Below, piece by piece: positions 1 through 10,734 of a stretch of DNA of 53,646 nt. The translations under genes and the position numbers were made by a program. The notes below the pieces were generated by a model, which saw only the letters and a list, made by a program, of their open reading frames with translations, was not told the DNA's origin and made no database searches. Location: assembly GCA_009885285.1 (NCBI GenBank), contig VFKX01000093.1, positions 1-53,646 on the forward strand, in the 5' to 3' direction. Source of the stretch: Candidatus Falkowbacteria bacterium (lineage in GTDB: Bacteria > Patescibacteriota > Patescibacteriia > Patescibacteriales > UBA12465). Position 1 is the stretch's first letter. Each line of letters opens with the position of its first letter.

Positions 1-539
1 TCCCAGACATGCTCCATGATCGCCTGACGTGACATGACTAGCCCCTTATGCTGTAAAAGATATTCTAATAGAGTAAATTCTTTTGCTGACAAGAATATTC
101 TTCGGCCGCGTTTTGTCACCAGAAATTTGTCAGGATCTAACTCTAAGTCATTGATTTTGAGCAGGCGGCCTTCCCATTTTTTTGGACGCCTCAGGACAGC
201 GCTTATTCTGGCTAATAATTCGGTGGTGGCAAACGGCTTGGTAAGATAATCATCGGCGCCGATATTTAACATGTCGACTTTCTCGTCAATCTCACTGTGG
301 ACCGTCAACATAATGATGGGGGTTGATAAGCCGAGCTGGCGGATATTCTTGATTACTTCTCGGCCATTCATTTTCGGCAGGTTATAATCCATTAATATCA
401 GGTCAAAGTTATTTGTCTGGGCAGCTAAGAGACCACCTTCTCCATCCTGCACTGCCTGGGCGACATATCCAGCTTCTTTGAGAGAAGGGAGTAGGGAGTT
501 TACTATGTCGACGTCATCTTCGACTAATAAGATTTTCAT
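1..539 (-). CDS. OmpR/PhoB-family DNA-binding response regulator (3' end outside window; missing from the ORF track)
   Basis: Manual translation from ATG 539: MKILLVEDD...FDLILMDYNLPKMNG...PIIMLT...GADDYLTKPF...LSAKEFTLLEYL...VMSRQAIMEHVW, i.e. receiver plus winged-helix motifs. Confidence 0.92.
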   Translation of the reverse strand, partial: MKILLVEDDVDIVNSLLPSLKEAGYVAQAVQDGEGGLLAAQTNNFDLILMDYNLPKMNGREVIKNIRQLGLSTPIIMLTVHSEIDEKVDMLNIGADDYLTKPFATTELLARISAVLRRPKKWEGRLLKINDLELDPDKFLVTKRGRRIFLSAKEFTLLEYLLQHKGLVMSRQAIMEHVW

Positions 540-681
540 ATGGTTTATAACTATAGTGAATATATATTTGGCAAAACTCACTTTACTGTCATTATAGAGT
601 ATCGGTGATAAATTAAAAATAAATAAATTATAAATATTAAATAAAATATGAAATAATTAAGTAAATTTGTCCAATCTAACC

Positions 682-710
682 TTGCCATTCCCCCCTATCC
701 AGGCTAAAAT
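682..710 (+). promoter_or_regulatory. sigma70-type promoter of PBP2 gene
   Basis: TTGCCA(682-687)-17 nt-TAAAAT(705-710); ATG at 721. Confidence 0.6.
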
Positions 711-720
711 CTTAACAGCT

Positions 721-2811
721 ATGCGTTTTAACTTCTTCAAAAATCGCCGGAAAAGCCGCTTAATCGAGTCCTTACAGGAAACCAAAGAGGATGTCTTTTT
801 GGTTAAGGAAGGGAAATTCAACTTCGGCGACATGAAGAATTCCTGTTATCAGACCGAATGGACGGAGGAATCTTTTTTGGCTGACGCTGGCCATAAAGTC
901 ATGGTAAGCCGTTCCTTTGAATTTGCCCGCCTCCGCCTTTTTATTATCTGTGCCTGTCTGGCCCTCGTTATTATTATTGCTCGAGTTTTTTGGCTCCAGG
1001 TTAATAAATATGAATATTATAGTCTGCTGTCTGAAAATAACCGCTTACGGGCGGAAGTCGTTGAGGCCAAGCGGGGAATTATTTATACCCGTGACTTACA
1101 GCCTTTGGTCCGCAATAAAGCCAACTTCGTTTTGTATTTTAAACCCATAAATTTACCGAAAGATGAGCTGGTGCGCGACGACATGCTGCGCCGCTTAAGC
1201 CATATCATTGAGACCGGGGCCACTTCGACGAGCTTAGCAAGCCCAACGTCTGACAAAATGTCAGTCGAAGCTGATAATGCCACTTTTTATCAATTGAAGG
1301 ATGCTTTGGCAAAGGTGAAAATCGGTTCCTTAGAGTCGTACCAGCCACTATTTGTCGCCGATAATATCGAGTATGATAAGGCGATGGCGATTATTCTTGA
1401 TTTGCCGCAGTGGCCGGGCGTCTTTTTGTCTAATAAAATCAAGCGTGAGTATTTACTGGGAACTTCTTCAAGCACGCCGCTAATCTTGGGGGCGAGTAGT
1501 TTTTCCCATCTCCTGGGCTATACCGGTAAAATCAACGCGGAAGAGCTAGCCGAATTGGGTAAAGATTATTCCCCGATTGATTATATCGGCAAAATGGGTA
1601 TTGAATATTATTGGGAAAAAGAATTGAAGGGTGTGCCTGGAAAAAAGAATATTGAAGTTGACGCTCTCGGCCGTCAGAAAAAGATTATTAATGAAGAGCC
1701 GGCCCGCGATGGTTATAACCTGCAATTATCTTTAGACATGGGCTTACAGAAAAAGGCCGAGGAAGTGACAAATGCTTATTTAGAAAAAGCCGGCTTGCAT
1801 CGAGCCAGCGTTATTATTATTGATCCGCGTAATGGAGAAATACTGGCTCTAGTCAGTTTGCCAGGCTATGATAACAACGCTTTCGCCAGCGGTATCGGAC
1901 AAGAACAATATTCCGCCTTCTTAAACGACCCTAACCGGCCTTTATTTAATCGAGCGGTGAGCGGTGAGTTTCCGTCAGGGTCCACTATTAAGCCGCTCTT
2001 TGCGGCCGGTGCTTTGCAAGATAATATAATTACGGCTGCCACAACGGTTCTTAGTACTGGCGGCTTGCGTATTGGCGAATGGGTTTTTCCTGACTGGAAG
2101 GCTGGCGGTCATGGCACGGTTGATGTTAAAGACGCGCTAGCCTGGTCGGTTAACACCTTTTTTTATTATATCGGTGGCGGCTATGGTGATTTTCAGGGCT
2201 TGGGTGTCGCAGGGTTGATCAAATATTCCCACTTATTCGGGCTGGGCGAAGTAACAGGCGTCGACTTGCCCGGTGAGAAGGCTGGTTTTGTTCCGACCGT
2301 TAAATGGAAAGAAGAGGTTAAAGACGAACCTTGGTATATCGGCGACACCTATCATTTCGCTATTGGTCAGGGAGATGTTTTAGTGACCCCATTGCAGGTG
2401 GCAAATTATACGGCGGCGCTCGCTAACGGCGGTACGCTGTATGTACCTCACTTAGTAGCTAAGATATTAGAGAAAGATAACCGAGTGGTTAGGGAAGTTG
2501 CGCCGCAAATTGTGCGCCGTAATTTTATTTCTCCGGAGAATATGGAGATTGTCCGCGCCGGTATGCGCGAAACCGTGACTTTAGGCAGCGCCCGGTCAAT
2601 GGCCGCCTTGCCGGTTGAAGCGGCCGGCAAAACAGGAACCGCTCAATGGTCATCTAAGAAAGCGCCGCATGCCTGGTTTATCGGCTTTGCTCCGTATGAT
2701 AATCCGGAGGTGGCGATTACTGTGCTGGTTGAAGAGGGTGTTGAGGGCAGTGCCATTGCTGTGCCCATCGCCAAAGACATTTTGAATTGGTATTATAGTG
2801 GGAGGAAATAA
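721..2811 (+). CDS. mrdA: Penicillin-binding protein 2 (class B transpeptidase); start moved from TTG 667 to ATG 721
   Basis: Single TM, RG-I-x-R, LLGYTG and GKMGIE dimerisation-domain motifs; SxxK (GSTIK), SxN (WSVN) and KTG (GKTGT). Confidence 0.93.
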   Translation: MRFNFFKNRRKSRLIESLQETKEDVFLVKEGKFNFGDMKNSCYQTEWTEESFLADAGHKVMVSRSFEFARLRLFIICACLALVIIIARVFWLQVNKYEYYSLLSENNRLRAEVVEAKRGIIYTRDLQPLVRNKANFVLYFKPINLPKDELVRDDMLRRLSHIIETGATSTSLASPTSDKMSVEADNATFYQLKDALAKVKIGSLESYQPLFVADNIEYDKAMAIILDLPQWPGVFLSNKIKREYLLGTSSSTPLILGASSFSHLLGYTGKINAEELAELGKDYSPIDYIGKMGIEYYWEKELKGVPGKKNIEVDALGRQKKIINEEPARDGYNLQLSLDMGLQKKAEEVTNAYLEKAGLHRASVIIIDPRNGEILALVSLPGYDNNAFASGIGQEQYSAFLNDPNRPLFNRAVSGEFPSGSTIKPLFAAGALQDNIITAATTVLSTGGLRIGEWVFPDWKAGGHGTVDVKDALAWSVNTFFYYIGGGYGDFQGLGVAGLIKYSHLFGLGEVTGVDLPGEKAGFVPTVKWKEEVKDEPWYIGDTYHFAIGQGDVLVTPLQVANYTAALANGGTLYVPHLVAKILEKDNRVVREVAPQIVRRNFISPENMEIVRAGMRETVTLGSARSMAALPVEAAGKTGTAQWSSKKAPHAWFIGFAPYDNPEVAITVLVEEGVEGSAIAVPIAKDILNWYYSGRK

Positions 2812-2827
2812 ATAAACTTTATAATAT

Positions 2828-3325
2828 ATGCATATCCCTTTAGTTATTCATTTATCCATCCATTTTATCTTGGCAGTTCTGGCCGGATTTTTAGTCGGCA
2901 AACATTATCATAAGATTAATGTTGGTGTAATCGCCGGTATTATGGGCGGATTCCTGATTGATCTGGACCACGTCTTGGAATATTTTTTTACTTTCGGGCT
3001 CCGCTTCAATTTCACGTATTTTTTTCAGGGACGCCAATTCTTGCTCAGTAACCGCACTCTCTCAATTTTTCATGCTTGGGAATATATTCCGGTTATGATA
3101 ATCATTATTTACATATTCCGTCGTCGCCAGACTCTTAAGGTTTTCCTAATGGCCCTGACCTTGGGAGCGACTGTTCATTTAATCTCCGACTGCTTCTTGA
3201 ATAATTATCCAGCCAGGAATTACTCCATTATTTACCGGGCCTCAAAAGGCTTTAACTCTTCCTTAATGCTGGACGCGGACCAATTACGTTTTAATAACCA
3301 GTTGAAACAAGACTTGGGTATTTAG
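2828..3325 (+). CDS. Membrane protein, putative membrane-bound metal-dependent hydrolase (YdjM/YbcI-like)
   Basis: Four hydrophobic segments with HxxxH, IDLDH, FHAWE and HLISD metal-ligand pattern. Confidence 0.55.
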   Translation: MHIPLVIHLSIHFILAVLAGFLVGKHYHKINVGVIAGIMGGFLIDLDHVLEYFFTFGLRFNFTYFFQGRQFLLSNRTLSIFHAWEYIPVMIIIIYIFRRRQTLKVFLMALTLGATVHLISDCFLNNYPARNYSIIYRASKGFNSSLMLDADQLRFNNQLKQDLGI

Positions 3326-3360
3326 TCGCGGACCGGCCATATTTATCGATTTTTTTGTAA

Positions 3361-3387
3361 TTAGCACTCTCTTGACTTGAGTGCTAA
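3361..3387 (+). promoter_or_regulatory. CIRCE operator (HrcA binding site)
   Basis: Perfect TTAGCACTC-N9-GAGTGCTAA directly upstream of hrcA. Confidence 0.97.
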
Positions 3388-3400
3388 TTTTGTTTATAAT
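3372..3400 (+). promoter_or_regulatory. sigma70 promoter of the heat-shock operon, with -35 inside the CIRCE spacer
   Basis: TTGACT(3372-3377)-17 nt-TATAAT(3395-3400); ATG at 3409. Confidence 0.85.
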
Positions 3401-3408
3401 GGGTTTAT

Positions 3409-4101
3409 ATGATTTCCGACCGTAAAAAATTTATTCTAGACACGATTATCCAGGAATATGTGAAAACCGCGACGCCGGTTTCTTCTGGCGCGCTGGTCGA
3501 AAAATATAATTTGGATATCTCTCCGGCGACGGTCAGGAATGAAATGATGGAACTCGAAGATGAGGGCTATATCTATCAGCCGCATACCTCTTCTGGACGT
3601 ATTCCGACTGAGGCGGCCTATGAATTATTTATCGCTGGCCTAAGGGACGCAAAAAAAAAGAAGGGGCTGCGCGATTCCGAAGATAAACTTTTAGAAAAGA
3701 TTTTCGGAGACGACGAGGTTGCTCGTAAACTGACTGCCAAAACTATTGCCGAATTATCGAGCGCCGCCGTCTTCTGGGCCTTCCATAAGAACGATTTGTA
3801 TTATACCGGACTGAGCAATCTCTTTTCCCAGCCGGAGTTCCGCCAAGTGAACGCTGTCTGCGATGTCTCCGGAATCATAGATAGACTGGAAGAGATAATT
3901 GACGAAATCTTTGAAAATTTAGAGGACGGGGAACAAGTTTTGATCGGTTCTAAAAATCCCTTTGGAAACTTTCTCAGTGCTGTCGTCGTTAAGTATAAGC
4001 ATAATAATCAGAGCGGCGTCTTAGGCATTCTCGGACCGATGCGCATGGACTATGAAAAGAACCTGGCTCTGGCGGAATTTATTAAAAAGAAATTTGCATA
4101 A
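3409..4101 (+). CDS. hrcA: Heat-inducible transcription repressor HrcA (short form)
   Basis: IIQEYVKTATPVSS, SPATVRNEM, QPHTSSGRIPT and C-terminal GILGPMRMDY; CIRCE upstream. Confidence 0.95.
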   Translation: MISDRKKFILDTIIQEYVKTATPVSSGALVEKYNLDISPATVRNEMMELEDEGYIYQPHTSSGRIPTEAAYELFIAGLRDAKKKKGLRDSEDKLLEKIFGDDEVARKLTAKTIAELSSAAVFWAFHKNDLYYTGLSNLFSQPEFRQVNAVCDVSGIIDRLEEIIDEIFENLEDGEQVLIGSKNPFGNFLSAVVVKYKHNNQSGVLGILGPMRMDYEKNLALAEFIKKKFA

Positions 4102-4106
4102 ACATT

Positions 4107-4727
4107 ATGAGTGAAGAAATAAAAAAAGGCGTCTATCACCATTATAAGGGCAATGAGTACCGCATCTTAAATGAAGCTAAAGATTCTGAGTCTCAAGCTG
4201 ACTTGGTCGTATATCAAGATATCTCTGACGAGCATAAAATTTGGACTCGCTCAAAAGAAGCATTCATTGAGGAGGTTGAGGTAGAGGGTAATAAGCAGCC
4301 GCGCTTTGAATTTATCCGTGATGAAGAGATTGAAAGCGGCGAACAAAAATACCTGCGCGCTTTAGCGGACTATCAGAACCTTTTAAAAACTACCGCCAAA
4401 GATAGGGAAGATTTTGTAAAATACGCTATCTCTGATTTCTTGCAAGATCTCTTGCCGATTTATGATCATTTAAAAATGTCTATTGCCGGCCTAAGCGAAG
4501 CAGAAGCGAAGAACCCCTGGGCGGTCGGCGTCGGTTATGTCTTAAAGCAATTTAAGGATTTATTGGAAGCAAAAGGCGTAGAAGAAATAAAAACAGTGGG
4601 CGAGCCGTTTGACCATGATTTAATGGAAGCGCTCGATGGCCAAGGCGATATTGTCAAACAGGAAATTGCTTCCGGTTACAAGCTTCGAGGCAAGGTTATT
4701 CGGCCAGCCAAAGTTATTGTCGGTTAA
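4107..4727 (+). CDS. grpE: GrpE nucleotide exchange factor with N-terminal DUF1653-like domain
   Basis: C-terminal YLRALADYQN...LLPIYD...GEPFDHDLMEA...GYKLRGKVIRPAKV (GrpE); N-terminal GVYHHYKGNEY...LVVYQ...WTR...F...PRF (DUF1653 pattern). Confidence 0.9.
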   Translation: MSEEIKKGVYHHYKGNEYRILNEAKDSESQADLVVYQDISDEHKIWTRSKEAFIEEVEVEGNKQPRFEFIRDEEIESGEQKYLRALADYQNLLKTTAKDREDFVKYAISDFLQDLLPIYDHLKMSIAGLSEAEAKNPWAVGVGYVLKQFKDLLEAKGVEEIKTVGEPFDHDLMEALDGQGDIVKQEIASGYKLRGKVIRPAKVIVG

Positions 4728-4795
4728 AATCATTAATTTTTCCTCTTGTCTTTACTTGGTTATTATCAAGTTTTACCAGAGGATATCTATAATTT

Positions 4796-5227
4796 ATGTC
4801 ACTAATCAAATGGACGCCATTCTTCTCCGAGTTTGATGACATGGAGAAAGTAATGTCAGATATGACACCGGCCGTACGCGGTAATCAATTCGGGTTTACG
4901 CCAGCCATCGACATGTATGAAGACAAGGACAATGTCGTGGTGGAAACCCAGCTGGGCGGTATTGATCCGGAGAAAGTCGACATCTCCATTGAGAATAACG
5001 TCCTGACTATTAAAGGGGAGAGTGAGAAGAAGAGTGAGGTTGAGGATAAAAACTATTATCGCAAAGAGATCCGCCGTGGTTCTTTCTTTAGATCAATCCC
5101 GTTGCCGACGAAAGTCGACGGCGATATGGCGGTGGCGGTCAACGACGAGGGCATGCTCAAGGTGACTATTCCTAAGGCTCCGGAAATTAAGCCTAAGACC
5201 ATTAAGATATTCGCTAAGCAGAAATAA
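4796..5227 (+). CDS. Hsp20/alpha-crystallin small heat-shock protein
   Basis: PAIDMYE, NVLTIKGE, EIRRGSFFRSIPLP, GMLKVTIPK. Confidence 0.93.
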   Translation: MSLIKWTPFFSEFDDMEKVMSDMTPAVRGNQFGFTPAIDMYEDKDNVVVETQLGGIDPEKVDISIENNVLTIKGESEKKSEVEDKNYYRKEIRRGSFFRSIPLPTKVDGDMAVAVNDEGMLKVTIPKAPEIKPKTIKIFAKQK

Positions 5228-5313
5228 TTGTTACCTGAGACTAGCCCTGATACAGTGCTAGGGATGAGGTAATAATTTAAATTTATAATCATTTATTAAG
5301 TTAAAAAAATCAT

Positions 5314-7227
5314 ATGTCAAAAATTCTAGGAATCGATCAGGGAACGACCAATTGCGCCATGGCGATCATGGAAGGCGGCGCTCCGAAGATCTTGGAGAAC
5401 ATCGAAGGCAATCGCACGACTCCGTCGATCATCGCGATGTCAAAAAACAACGAACGCATTGTCGGCCAGTCCGCTAAGCGTCAAGCTGTTATTAATCCAG
5501 AGAACACTGTTTACGCCGTGAAGCGTTTAATCGGCCGTCATTTTTCTGAAGACGAAGTGCAGCGTGATTTAAAGACTGTGCCATATAAGATCGTGCAGTC
5601 CGGAGAAGGTGTGAAGGTAAAAATGGGAGATAAAGATTATTCTCCTGAGGAAATTTCTGCCATGATCCTGACTAAGCTTAAGGCTGACGCTGAAGCAAAG
5701 ACTGGTGAGAAGATTACCGAGGCCATCATTACGGTGCCTGCCTATTTTAATGATGCGCAGCGCCAGGCCACTAAGGATGCTGGTACGATTGCCGGTCTCG
5801 ACGTGAAGCGTATTATTAATGAGCCGACCGCGGCTGCCTTAGCTTATGGCTTTGATAAAAAGCAGGGCCAGAAGATTGTCGTTTATGATTTAGGCGGCGG
5901 CACTTTCGATGTTTCCGTACTGGATATTTCCGCTGATACGGTTGAAGTAAAAGCCACTAACGGTGATACTCATTTGGGCGGCGAAGATTTTGACCAGCGC
6001 ATTATTAACTGGATTATTGAAGAATTTAAGAAAGACCAGGGCATCGATTTATCTAAGGATACTTTGGCTTTGCAACGCATTAAGGAGTCTGCCGAAAAAG
6101 CCAAGATTGAATTATCAACCGCTCAAGAAACTGAAATCAATCAGCCCTTTATTACCACTGATGCTAACGGTCCGAAACATTTAGTGATGAAAATATCCCG
6201 CGCCAAGTTAGAATCTTTAGTGATGGATCTTGTTGAAAAAACTATTGAGCCATGCAAAAAGGCCTTGGCTGATTCCGGTTTTCAATTAAACGAAATTAAT
6301 GAAGTCGTGATGGTTGGCGGCATGACCCGTATGCCTTTAGTGCTACAGAAGGTTAAGGAGTTCTTCGGTAAAGAGCCAAACTTAAGCGTTAACCCTGACG
6401 AAGTAGTGGCTTTAGGCGCCGCGGTTCAGGCCGGTGTTTTACAAGGCGACGTCAAAGATGTCTTATTACTTGACGTTACCCCGTTGACTTTAGGCATCGA
6501 AACTTTAGGCGGTGTGGCTACTCCGCTGATTGAAAGAAATACTACTATCCCTACTTCTAAGTCCCAGGTTTTCTCGACAGCCGCTGATGGTCAAACTGCT
6601 GTAGAAATTCATATCGTCCAAGGCGAACGCCCGATGGCGAGCGATAATAAGACTTTAGGCCACTTCACTTTAGACGGTATTCCGTCTGCTCCGCGCGGAG
6701 TTCCGCAGGTTGAAGTTAAATTTGATTTAGATGCTAACGGTATTTTAAATGTTTCTGCAACGGACAAGGCAACCGGCAAACAGCAGAAAATTACCATTAC
6801 CGCTTCTTCCGGCTTATCTAAAGAAGAAATCGAGAAAATGAAGAAGGAGGCAGAAATGCATTCTGAAGAGGATAAGAAAAAGAAGGAAGAAGTAGAAATC
6901 AAGAATCAGGCTGATGCCGTCGGTTTCACTATGGAAAAGATGATCAAGGAATCCGGCGACAAGATGAAGCCAGAGGATAAGAAAGAACTGGAAGATAAGA
7001 ATGCTGAACTGAAGGCCGCTAAAGATTCCGGTAATCTTGATGACATGAAAAAGAAGATGGAGGAAATTAACACCATCGCGCAGCGCATCGGTGCCGCTAT
7101 GTATCAGCAACCGGGGGCCGGTGCTCCAGGAGCCGAACAGGCTAGCACTACTGAGGCCGGGGCTGAAGCTGGCGAAGCCAAGAAGGACGAAAATGTAGTT
7201 GAAGGAGAGGTTGAAGAAAAGAAATAA
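5314..7227 (+). CDS. dnaK: Chaperone DnaK (Hsp70)
   Basis: GIDx[43 protein letters not shown]. Confidence 0.99.
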   Translation: MSKILGIDQGTTNCAMAIMEGGAPKILENIEGNRTTPSIIAMSKNNERIVGQSAKRQAVINPENTVYAVKRLIGRHFSEDEVQRDLKTVPYKIVQSGEGVKVKMGDKDYSPEEISAMILTKLKADAEAKTGEKITEAIITVPAYFNDAQRQATKDAGTIAGLDVKRIINEPTAAALAYGFDKKQGQKIVVYDLGGGTFDVSVLDISADTVEVKATNGDTHLGGEDFDQRIINWIIEEFKKDQGIDLSKDTLALQRIKESAEKAKIELSTAQETEINQPFITTDANGPKHLVMKISRAKLESLVMDLVEKTIEPCKKALADSGFQLNEINEVVMVGGMTRMPLVLQKVKEFFGKEPNLSVNPDEVVALGAAVQAGVLQGDVKDVLLLDVTPLTLGIETLGGVATPLIERNTTIPTSKSQVFSTAADGQTAVEIHIVQGERPMASDNKTLGHFTLDGIPSAPRGVPQVEVKFDLDANGILNVSATDKATGKQQKITITASSGLSKEEIEKMKKEAEMHSEEDKKKKEEVEIKNQADAVGFTMEKMIKESGDKMKPEDKKELEDKNAELKAAKDSGNLDDMKKKMEEINTIAQRIGAAMYQQPGAGAPGAEQASTTEAGAEAGEAKKDENVVEGEVEEKK

Positions 7228-7239
7228 TTTAACTCTTAT

Positions 7240-7284
7240 AGATCGCCTCTTCATTTATCCGCCTACCGGCGAAAGGGGCGATTT
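7240..7284 (+). terminator. Stem-loop between dnaK and dnaJ (weak terminator or mRNA stabiliser)
   Basis: GATCGCCTCTT...AAGGGGCGATT arms followed by a short T run. Confidence 0.5.
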
Positions 7285-7303
7285 GTTAAGAATTAAATAA
7301 ACT

Positions 7304-8392
7304 ATGTCCAAAGACTATTACAATATCTTAGGCGTCGATAAGAGCGCCTCTCAAGATGAGATTAAAACGGCTTTTCGTAAGAAAGCTCATGAACACCATC
7401 CCGATAAAGGCGGTGATGCTGAAAAATTCAAAGAACTGAATGAAGCGAATCAGGTGCTTGGTAATCCTGACAAACGGAAACAGTATGATCAATTTGGCTC
7501 TGCTTACCAAAACGGTCAAGCGGGCGGTGCCGGCGGCTATGGTGCTGGTTATGGCGGCTTTCAGGGCGGTGGCCAGGGTTTTGATTTTGAAGACTTGGGA
7601 GAAATGTTTGGTGGTTTCGGAGATATCTTCGGTTTTGGTGGTAATAGCAGTCGCGGTGGATCTAGAAAACAATCTCGCGGCCGTGATTTAGAAATGAAAA
7701 TTAATTTAGAATTTTTGGAAGCGGCTTTTGGTTTGGAGAAGGAAATCAGCTTTTCTAAAAATGTCACCTGTAATCATTGCAAGGGTAATGGCGCTGAACC
7801 GGGTGCTAAAGTTGATACTTGCACGACCTGTCACGGCTCGGGTCAAGTTAGCCGCATTCAGCGAACTATTCTTGGTAATATTCAGACGCAATCACCTTGC
7901 CAGTCTTGCAGTGGCGAAGGAAAAATATATTCCAAGAAATGCACGAAGTGCGAGGGCAGTGGCGTGAGTCATGAGCATGTCAGCTTCAAGGTTAAGATCC
8001 CGGCCGGAATTAATAACGGGGAATCAATTAGGTTATCCGGGCAAGGCGAAGCTGGCGAAAAGGGTGCTCCGGCTGGCGACCTGTTCTTACGGGTCAGCGT
8101 TAAGGACCATAAGAAATTTATCCGTGAGGGGTATGACATCAGGACTGAAGAAACCATCAGTATCAAGCAAGCCATTCTGGGTGATAAGATCTCTGTCGAT
8201 ACCATTCATGGCGAGTTTAACCTGAAGATTCCGGAAGGAACGCAGTCTGGTACTGTCTTCAAACTCAAGGAGAAGGGGGTTACTAAATTGAATAACCGCG
8301 GTATCGGCGACCAATATATCCGGGTCGTGGTAGAGATTCCTAAAGGCTTGAATAAGAAAAAAGCGCAGCTCTTGGCGGAATTGGATATCTAA
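7304..8392 (+). CDS. dnaJ: Chaperone DnaJ
   Basis: J domain with HPD, G/F-rich region, four CxxCxGxG repeats. Confidence 0.98.
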   Translation: MSKDYYNILGVDKSASQDEIKTAFRKKAHEHHPDKGGDAEKFKELNEANQVLGNPDKRKQYDQFGSAYQNGQAGGAGGYGAGYGGFQGGGQGFDFEDLGEMFGGFGDIFGFGGNSSRGGSRKQSRGRDLEMKINLEFLEAAFGLEKEISFSKNVTCNHCKGNGAEPGAKVDTCTTCHGSGQVSRIQRTILGNIQTQSPCQSCSGEGKIYSKKCTKCEGSGVSHEHVSFKVKIPAGINNGESIRLSGQGEAGEKGAPAGDLFLRVSVKDHKKFIREGYDIRTEETISIKQAILGDKISVDTIHGEFNLKIPEGTQSGTVFKLKEKGVTKLNNRGIGDQYIRVVVEIPKGLNKKKAQLLAELDI

Positions 8393-8415
8393 TCACAATT
8401 TGCTAAAATATACCT

Positions 8416-9267
8416 ATGTTTATCGATACTCATGCCCATGTAAATTTTGCCGCTTTCAAAGACGACGCCGATGAGGTGATTCGCCGGTCTTTGGATAATA
8501 ATACCTGGATGGTACTGGTCGGCTCTGAAATGAAAACATCGAGCCGCGCTCTCACTTATGCTAATAAATATGAGAAAGGCGTTTACGCGGCTATCGGTCT
8601 GCACCCAGTCCATCTTGAAGAAGGGCCGGTTGATACCGGCGAAGAGGGCGCTAATGCTAATTTTACCGCTCGGGCAGAAGAATTCGATTACGGCAGTTAT
8701 GAGAAATTAGCTAAGTTTGAAAAAGTGGTTGCCATCGGTGAAATCGGCCTGGATTATTATCATCTCGATCCAACAAAAGACATGCAGGCAATTAAAAAGA
8801 AGCAGGCCGAAGTCTTTGCTCAGCAATTATTATTGGCTCGCAGCCTGGATTTACCGGTCATTATCCATTGCCGCCAAGCGCACGACGATTTGCTTGTCAT
8901 CCTGACTGAATTCAAAAAAGAATACGGTCATTTAATTAAGTCTGATCGTCCTTGGGGTGTTATTCATTGTTTTCCCGGAGACGAGGATTTGGCCTGGAAA
9001 TATTTCCGACTCGGCTTAATAATTTCATTTACCGGGCTGATTACTTTCAGTCAGCAATGGGATGATCTTATTCGCAAGATTCCTCTGGATAAGCTGATGA
9101 TTGAAACCGACACACCTTACATGACTCCAGAGCCATATCGCGGCCAACGCAACGAACCGGTGCTCGTCCAGTATGTGGCTAACCGCATCGCCGATATCCG
9201 GGGAATAAACCTGGAGAAAGTGGCGGAAATCACGACTGCCACCGCCCGTAATTTCTTTAAGATTTAG
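8416..9267 (+). CDS. tatD: TatD-family DNase
   Basis: DTHAH, IGLHP, AIGEIGLDY, IIHCR, IHCF, ETDTPY. Confidence 0.95.
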   Translation: MFIDTHAHVNFAAFKDDADEVIRRSLDNNTWMVLVGSEMKTSSRALTYANKYEKGVYAAIGLHPVHLEEGPVDTGEEGANANFTARAEEFDYGSYEKLAKFEKVVAIGEIGLDYYHLDPTKDMQAIKKKQAEVFAQQLLLARSLDLPVIIHCRQAHDDLLVILTEFKKEYGHLIKSDRPWGVIHCFPGDEDLAWKYFRLGLIISFTGLITFSQQWDDLIRKIPLDKLMIETDTPYMTPEPYRGQRNEPVLVQYVANRIADIRGINLEKVAEITTATARNFFKI

Positions 9268-9279
9268 GGGCTAAAACAA

Positions 9280-9331
9280 CCAAGTGTTAAAATTTGAGAG
9301 GGTTGACACTTAGGTTTTTTTGCGTTATAAC
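9280..9331 (+). promoter_or_regulatory. tatD terminator hairpin overlapping the -35 box of the atp operon promoter
   Basis: AAGTGTTAA/TTGACACTT arms then GGTTTTTTT; TTGACA(9303-9308)-17 nt-TATAAC(9326-9331). Confidence 0.6.
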
Positions 9332-9356
9332 TGAGTTGTTAAAATAATAGAAATTT

Positions 9357-9635
9357 ATGAAAAATGAAACCTGGAGTTTAGCCTTAAAAGTAATGGCTAA
9401 TATTTCAGGCTGGATTGCGTTTCCAGTCATTATTGGCCTATTCCTGGGTAGATGGTTGGATAGGCGCTACGGCACTGAGCCTTGGCTATATTTAGCCACA
9501 ATTGGTGTCTGTTTCATGGTTTCCATTTTTGGACTAGTTAGAACATCCTTAAAAGAATTTAAAAAAATAGAAAAAGACTTTGCCGCCCAGAAGGAAAAGG
9601 AAGCGGCGGAGAAACAGATAATTAAACAACAATAA
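9357..9635 (+). CDS. AtpZ/AtpI-family (ATPase gene 1) membrane protein
   Basis: GLFLGRWLDRRYGTEPW motif, 2 TM, first gene of the atp operon. Confidence 0.85.
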   Translation: MKNETWSLALKVMANISGWIAFPVIIGLFLGRWLDRRYGTEPWLYLATIGVCFMVSIFGLVRTSLKEFKKIEKDFAAQKEKEAAEKQIIKQQ

Positions 9636-9636
9636 A

Positions 9637-10452
9637 ATGGCAGGAGAAGAGATTATCCACGAAAATACTTTGTACGCCGAACCGATAGCCCATATCGGTC
9701 ATTTTGAGATTACTAACGCCTTGGCGACCTCAACCGTCGCTTTGGTTATTATCGTCATTCTCGGTATCGTCATTAACCGCAATATCAAGAAAGTACCGAC
9801 GGGCCTGCAGAATGGCTTAGAGATGATTATTGAAGGCTTCTTGGGTATCTTTGACGGTATTACCGGTAGCCGTAAGAAATCTTTGCAGTTCGCTCCAGTG
9901 GTTTTGGCTTTCTTCTTTTTCATTCTGATAAATAATTGGATGGGATTATTACCTGGTGTCGGTTCAATCGGTCAGATTGTGGAGGAGCATGGTCAGCTTA
10001 TTTTTATTCCATACTTGCGCGGCGCTACCGCTGACTTAAATACTACTTTAGCTCTGGCAACTTTAGGCGTAGTGCTGAGCCATATCATGGGCGTACTCGC
10101 CATCGGCTGGTGGAAGTATTTGAATAAGTTCATTAATATCAAGGCGTTCTTGGAAATTCCGAAGAAGATCAAGAAAGATCCGATGGTTATTCTGGTTAAT
10201 CCGATTAAAGCTTTCGTCGGCATCATTGAAGTAATTGGTGAAATGGCCAAGATTGCTTCACTCTCCTTCCGTTTATTCGGTAACGTTTTTGCCGGGGAAG
10301 TATTACTAGCCTCGATGTCGGCTATTTTAGCATATGGCGTTCCGATTCCGTTTATGTTTCTGGAAGTTCTGGTCGGCCTGATTCAGGCGCTTATCTTTGC
10401 GATGTTAATTCTCACATATTTGACTATTAACACGACAGCAGAAGAACATTAA
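9637..10452 (+). CDS. atpB: F0 subunit a
   Basis: NNWMGLLPG, TADLNTT, SLSFRLFGNVFAGE, LIQALIFAML. Confidence 0.97.
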   Translation: MAGEEIIHENTLYAEPIAHIGHFEITNALATSTVALVIIVILGIVINRNIKKVPTGLQNGLEMIIEGFLGIFDGITGSRKKSLQFAPVVLAFFFFILINNWMGLLPGVGSIGQIVEEHGQLIFIPYLRGATADLNTTLALATLGVVLSHIMGVLAIGWWKYLNKFINIKAFLEIPKKIKKDPMVILVNPIKAFVGIIEVIGEMAKIASLSFRLFGNVFAGEVLLASMSAILAYGVPIPFMFLEVLVGLIQALIFAMLILTYLTINTTAEEH

Positions 10453-10467
10453 TTAAAATGTAAATAA

Positions 10468-10722
<255 letters not shown>

Positions 10723-10734
10723 TACTTTGACGGA

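Noticed and set aside
34-249. 71-aa + strand ORF in the track
   Set aside because: It is the antisense shadow of the minus-strand OmpR-family gene (1-539).
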